NCBI GenBank assembly: GCA_002720975.1
Contig: PBIX01000007.1
Span: 58,251 to 122,250, forward strand
Direction of reading: 5' to 3'
From: Planctomycetota bacterium
Lineage (GTDB): Bacteria > Planctomycetota > UBA1135 > GCA-002686595
Length of the DNA: 64,000 nt
The notes beneath the pieces are model-generated. The model saw only the letters and a list, made by a program, of their open reading frames with translations, was not told the origin of the DNA and searched no databases. Made by a program: the position numbers and the translations under genes. Of the stretch, positions 60,839 through 64,000 are shown piece by piece. Each line of letters begins with the position of its first letter. Within the stretch, counting starts at the first letter, position 1.

Positions 60839-60932
60839 GAACCATTCGGTGAGGCCCAGGCGGTCTCCGCCGGCCGCCGGGCATTACAAGTTCTCGGAAC
60901 ACGATCGTTCCCAAGGATTGAAGCCCGTTCGA

Positions 60933-60969
60933 GATGCCCCGCACCGCGCACAGCGTGGTGTGGGGCATC
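60933..60969. terminator. 15-bp-stem hairpin between the convergent histone-fold gene and tsaB
   Basis: gatgccccgcaccgc / loop gcacagc / gtggtgtggggcatc. The stem has 13 Watson-Crick pairs and 2 GU pairs by eye. Confidence 0.5.
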
Positions 60970-61003
60970 TGTCGTAGGGGGGCGGCGTAGGAGTATAAGG
61001 GCC

Positions 61004-61669
61004 CTATCGCTTGCGGACGTTGGCTGCGAATGGGCGCAGGTAGAGCGGCTGAACTTCAGCGGGATTGAGCGGGCCAGCCGCCTTGAGTTGAGCGATGCCC
61101 AAGGGCAGCAGGTGTTGGGCTTCTGGGCCCGTACTCGTGCGCAGGAGCGAGCGTTCTCCTTCAACCAGCCCGGCGGTAGCAGCACTGGATGCGTCGCACA
61201 CGATGCAATCCGCGGAGGGCAGGACGGCGCGCCACTCGTCCGCAGCACAGACCATGGGGGGGATGACTGCGCGAACGCCCGTCGCTGTGCGCTCGTACTG
61301 AGCGCCATAGAACTGGCGTGAGCGTGCGTCGAGTAGGACGGTCCCACACTCGCCCTCTTTCAGGTGCGCCATGGCGAGCGCCTCGAACGAGGGCAGGGCT
61401 TGCAGTTGCGCGCCAGATCCACGACTCAGACCCAGGGCCGTTGCGATTCCTACTCGCAGGCCGGTATAGCTTCCCGGTCCCGTTCCGACGATGACGGTCT
61501 GGATGGTCGAGGCGTCTTCGCCGAGCGTGCTCAGCAGGGATTCCAGCGCCCCAAGGAGGTCGCTGGCATGGCGTCGCCCCTCTTCCAGGGTGAGGGCCAG
61601 GGTCCTCTCCGCACTCCTCACCGCGATGGACGGTGGGCGAGAGGACGTCTCCAGGGCGACGATCGTCAT
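61004..61669 (-). CDS. tsaB: tRNA threonylcarbamoyladenosine biosynthesis protein TsaB
   Basis: MTIVALETSSRPPSIAV... with VIVGTGPGSYTGLRVGIATALGL. The start overlaps the glmM stop. Confidence 0.85.
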   Translation of the reverse strand: MTIVALETSSRPPSIAVRSAERTLALTLEEGRRHASDLLGALESLLSTLGEDASTIQTVIVGTGPGSYTGLRVGIATALGLSRGSGAQLQALPSFEALAMAHLKEGECGTVLLDARSRQFYGAQYERTATGVRAVIPPMVCAADEWRAVLPSADCIVCDASSAATAGLVEGERSLLRTSTGPEAQHLLPLGIAQLKAAGPLNPAEVQPLYLRPFAANVRKR

Positions 61670-63033
61670 GGGGACGACTGGCGTAGGGCGGCCTGGATGC
61701 AGTCCGCAACCTCCTGGGCCTGGGCTTGGATCAGCTGCTCATCGGGTCCCTCCACCATGACGCGTGCCACGTTTTCAGTGCCCGAGTAGCGCAGCAGCAC
61801 CCGACCTTCTTCCCCCAGTGCCTCCTCTGCCGCCCGCACCGCCGCCATGACCTCAGGAAAGTCCGCGAGGACCGGTTTTGAGGCCACAGGCGTGTTGAGC
61901 AGGACCTGGGGGTAGGGCTTGTAGGGAGCCGCAAGCTCGGACAGGTCTTGGCCCGTCGCATGCATCACGCTCAGCACGCGCAGGGCTGTAAGCATGCCGT
62001 CACCGATGAACCCATTCTCGCCCCCGAGGATGATGTGACCCGACTGCTCTCCCCCCAGTGCCAGCTTGTGCTCGCGCATGCCCTCCACCACGGCCCGGTC
62101 GCCTACCCCGACCTCGAGTACTCCCACACCGACCTCCCTCAGGGCCCGGTTAAGTCCACGGTTGCTCATGACCGTGGCCACGATGCGTTCGTCGGCGGCT
62201 TGTCCCGACTGGGCGGCGTGCCGTCCGATGACGGTCATGATCCCATCTCCGTGGACCAGCTCGCCGCGCTCGTCGGCCAAGATGCAGCGATCGCCGTCGC
62301 CGTCGAGGGCGATGCCCAGGTGTGCCTTGTGTTCACGCACTGCCGCTTGCATGGCTTCGGGATGTGTCGAGCCGCAGCCATCGTTGATGTTGTCCCCGGT
62401 GGGGGAGCAGGCCAGCGCGTGGACCTCGGCCCCCAGAGCGCGGAGCGTCTCGGGTGCCACATGGCTTCCGCCTCCGTGCGCGCAGTCCACCACGATGGAC
62501 CGACCCTTCAGGGACAGGGCTTCGCTTCGGACCAGGTACTCGAGATAGGAATGCTCCAGCGCGCGGTCGACATCCAAGGAGGCGAATGTGGCTTCGTCGA
62601 TCTCAGGCAGAGTGGTCAGTCCTTGGGTGCCGCCGAGGAGTTGTTCCATGGCCGCCTGATCGTCATCGGTTGGCTTGCCCCCTTGGGCGCTGAACAGCTT
62701 GATACCGTTGTCTTCGGCCGGGTTATGGGAGGCGCTGAGCATGCAGCCCAGGCCAAACTCACCATTGCGCACGAGCCAGGCCAGTCCGGGCGTTGTGATC
62801 ATGCCCACGCTCCGGGCCTCGATACCCGCCTGGGCCAGGCCCGCCGCCAAGGCAGCTTCCAGAAGGGGGCCCGAGCGGCGTCCATCATGACCGAGCAAGG
62901 CGGGTGAATGCGCTCCGTGGCTCATCACCTCGCCTGCGGCTACGCCTATCGCGTGTACGGCTGCGGCAGACAGCCAGCCCTCACCGGCCAGCCCCCGGAT
63001 TCCATCCGTCCCGAATATCTCTCCCTCGGTCAA
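61666..63033 (-). CDS. glmM: Phosphoglucosamine mutase
   Basis: IFGTDGIRG and phosphoserine loop SASHNPAEDNGIKLF. Metal loop is GIALDGDGDRC and GGEQSGH is also present. Start placed at TTG 63033 (LTEGEIFGTDGIRG), 1 nt after the upstream stop and preceded by GGGAGA. Confidence 0.9.
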   Translation of the reverse strand: MTEGEIFGTDGIRGLAGEGWLSAAAVHAIGVAAGEVMSHGAHSPALLGHDGRRSGPLLEAALAAGLAQAGIEARSVGMITTPGLAWLVRNGEFGLGCMLSASHNPAEDNGIKLFSAQGGKPTDDDQAAMEQLLGGTQGLTTLPEIDEATFASLDVDRALEHSYLEYLVRSEALSLKGRSIVVDCAHGGGSHVAPETLRALGAEVHALACSPTGDNINDGCGSTHPEAMQAAVREHKAHLGIALDGDGDRCILADERGELVHGDGIMTVIGRHAAQSGQAADERIVATVMSNRGLNRALREVGVGVLEVGVGDRAVVEGMREHKLALGGEQSGHIILGGENGFIGDGMLTALRVLSVMHATGQDLSELAAPYKPYPQVLLNTPVASKPVLADFPEVMAAVRAAEEALGEEGRVLLRYSGTENVARVMVEGPDEQLIQAQAQEVADCIQAALRQSSP

Positions 63034-63034
63034 C

Positions 63035-64000
63035 TTACTGTTCTCCCGAGTTCGGCACCTTGTCGGGAGGTGCCGGGTTCGAGGGCACCTCTTGGATCTC
63101 CACCAGCTGAATCTCGGGCTCGTCAAAAACGATGCGCAGGTCGCCTGGGGCGGCGCCCTTGCAGGCCTGGGCAAAGCGACCGGCCTCCAGGGGCAGAAGC
63201 TCGCGCCAGTCGTCCAACCCAAGGGTCTGGATTCGGCTGCGGTTGGAGCCCGGGGGAATGGCATCCACGTCGACGAAGACGCGCAGGTGTTTTTTCACGA
63301 ATCCAACGATGGCTGAACGATCGGCCACCCAATCGTCCGAATTCGGGTCGCCGCGAACCAACCCACGGGTGAATATGCTGACCTGGGCGCGCTTGGAGGG
63401 TGCTTCAAACTCCCGTGCACCTGAGGTTCCTGGGTCGTAGGTCGGGTCAAGGTGCTGCAGCCCGATAACCAGATCCAGGGCGCGGCACTCCACCTCGACG
63501 GGGCGCACGGGTACCTCGACTTCAATACGACTCACGTTGAGGGTGATGCCGACTTCGGTCCAGGCTGTGCGCAGACCGGTCGTCAGCCGTTGGGAGGACT
63601 CATGCCCTGCACCCAGATGAACCCCGGAGAGCAGCGGGCCCTCATCCGTAGTTCCCTGCCCCAGCTGGGCGATGATCGTCTGCGGTCCGGTCAGGGGCAC
63701 GTGGCTGGGGTGAAAGACGATCCGCGTGGGGTCCATCTCATAGCGCTCGTCCAGATCTGCGCCGTTGATCTCAATCATCGAGGCGTCAAGCTGTAGTGTC
63801 ACCGAAGAGAACACCTCACTCATCAACGGGGGCGCACCTTCGGACCAGGACACGTCTACCTCCCGCTCCAACTCGACTCCGTTGCGGGTCAGGCCGGCCA
63901 AGTCGAGGAGCAGTGCCGTTCTTCCTCCGGGCGAATCTTCTGCAGCACCAGGGGTGTGCGCTTCGATCTGCCATAGCCCCAACTCCTGGAGGCGCGTCAG
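63035..64000 (-). CDS. Hypothetical protein (5' end probably beyond the window); position suggests a YbbR/CdaR-like gene but the sequence does not establish it
   Basis: The frame stays open from 63035 to the window end, and the first in-window start is TTG at 63982. Beta-rich sequence. It sits immediately upstream of glmM, as ybbR does in cdaA-cdaR-glmM operons. Confidence 0.4.
   Translation of the reverse strand: MTRLQELGLWQIEAHTPGAAEDSPGGRTALLLDLAGLTRNGVELEREVDVSWSEGAPPLMSEVFSSVTLQLDASMIEINGADLDERYEMDPTRIVFHPSHVPLTGPQTIIAQLGQGTTDEGPLLSGVHLGAGHESSQRLTTGLRTAWTEVGITLNVSRIEVEVPVRPVEVECRALDLVIGLQHLDPTYDPGTSGAREFEAPSKRAQVSIFTRGLVRGDPNSDDWVADRSAIVGFVKKHLRVFVDVDAIPPGSNRSRIQTLGLDDWRELLPLEAGRFAQACKGAAPGDLRIVFDEPEIQLVEIQEVPSNPAPPDKVPNSGEQ

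Overview
High-GC (roughly 60-65% by eye), gene-dense chromosomal segment from a Gram-negative-type bacterium. I count about 55 protein genes plus one RNase P RNA gene. I found no rRNA, tRNA, CRISPR array, transposase or integrase. Many neighbouring genes are translationally coupled through ATGA, GTGA or TGATG overlaps. The high GC produces many long spurious antisense ORFs in the supplied track. The track also shows alternative start codons (TTG/GTG) as M, so several real starts lie downstream of the listed ORF starts.

Gene blocks, in order:
- 1-8.3 kb: LPS and outer-membrane genes (GT4-like glycosyltransferase, LpxL-family acyltransferase, Kdo/WaaP-family kinase, LptF/LptG-type permeases, GT9 heptosyltransferase).
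- 8.4-21 kb: an orphan sensor kinase coupled to an epimerase, galK, several secreted or lipoprotein genes, Leu/Val dehydrogenase, and a YgfZ/GcvT-type protein.
- 21.1-25.9 kb: a cytochrome oxidase assembly operon (diheme cytochrome c, ctaA, ctaB, SCO1-DUF420 fusion) followed by ogt.
- 28.2-34.7 kb: hpt, an RluA-family synthase, truD, mtnP, an M28 peptidase and a glycosylasparaginase.
- 34.7-46.7 kb: EF-hand protein, AGCS symporter, CRTAC1-like protein, rnpB, a HEAT/VWA protein and an alpha/beta-fold protein.
- 46.7-52.6 kb: folE, a GH5-like hydrolase, cysS and a metzincin protease.
- 52.7-64 kb: ruvX, a mannose-1-P guanylyltransferase, a TamB/AsmA-like giant protein, alr, tsaB and glmM.

Most notable observations:
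1. An AhpD/CMD-family gene has an in-frame TGA exactly at the second Cys of its CxxCxxxH redox motif, making it a candidate selenoprotein.
2. A 78-aa histone-fold singlet carries a lysine-rich N-terminal tail.
3. A secreted protein combines a 15-bp tandem repeat encoding TPTRS, a 77-residue Trp/Tyr/Gly/Cys block and a C-terminal TPR domain.
4. A roughly 300-bp duplication of the folE 5' end, the intergenic region and the cysS start shows reciprocal start-codon loss. It brackets a folE pseudogene whose interior has been replaced by the GH5 gene.

I did not recognise a multi-gene defence-type system in this window.
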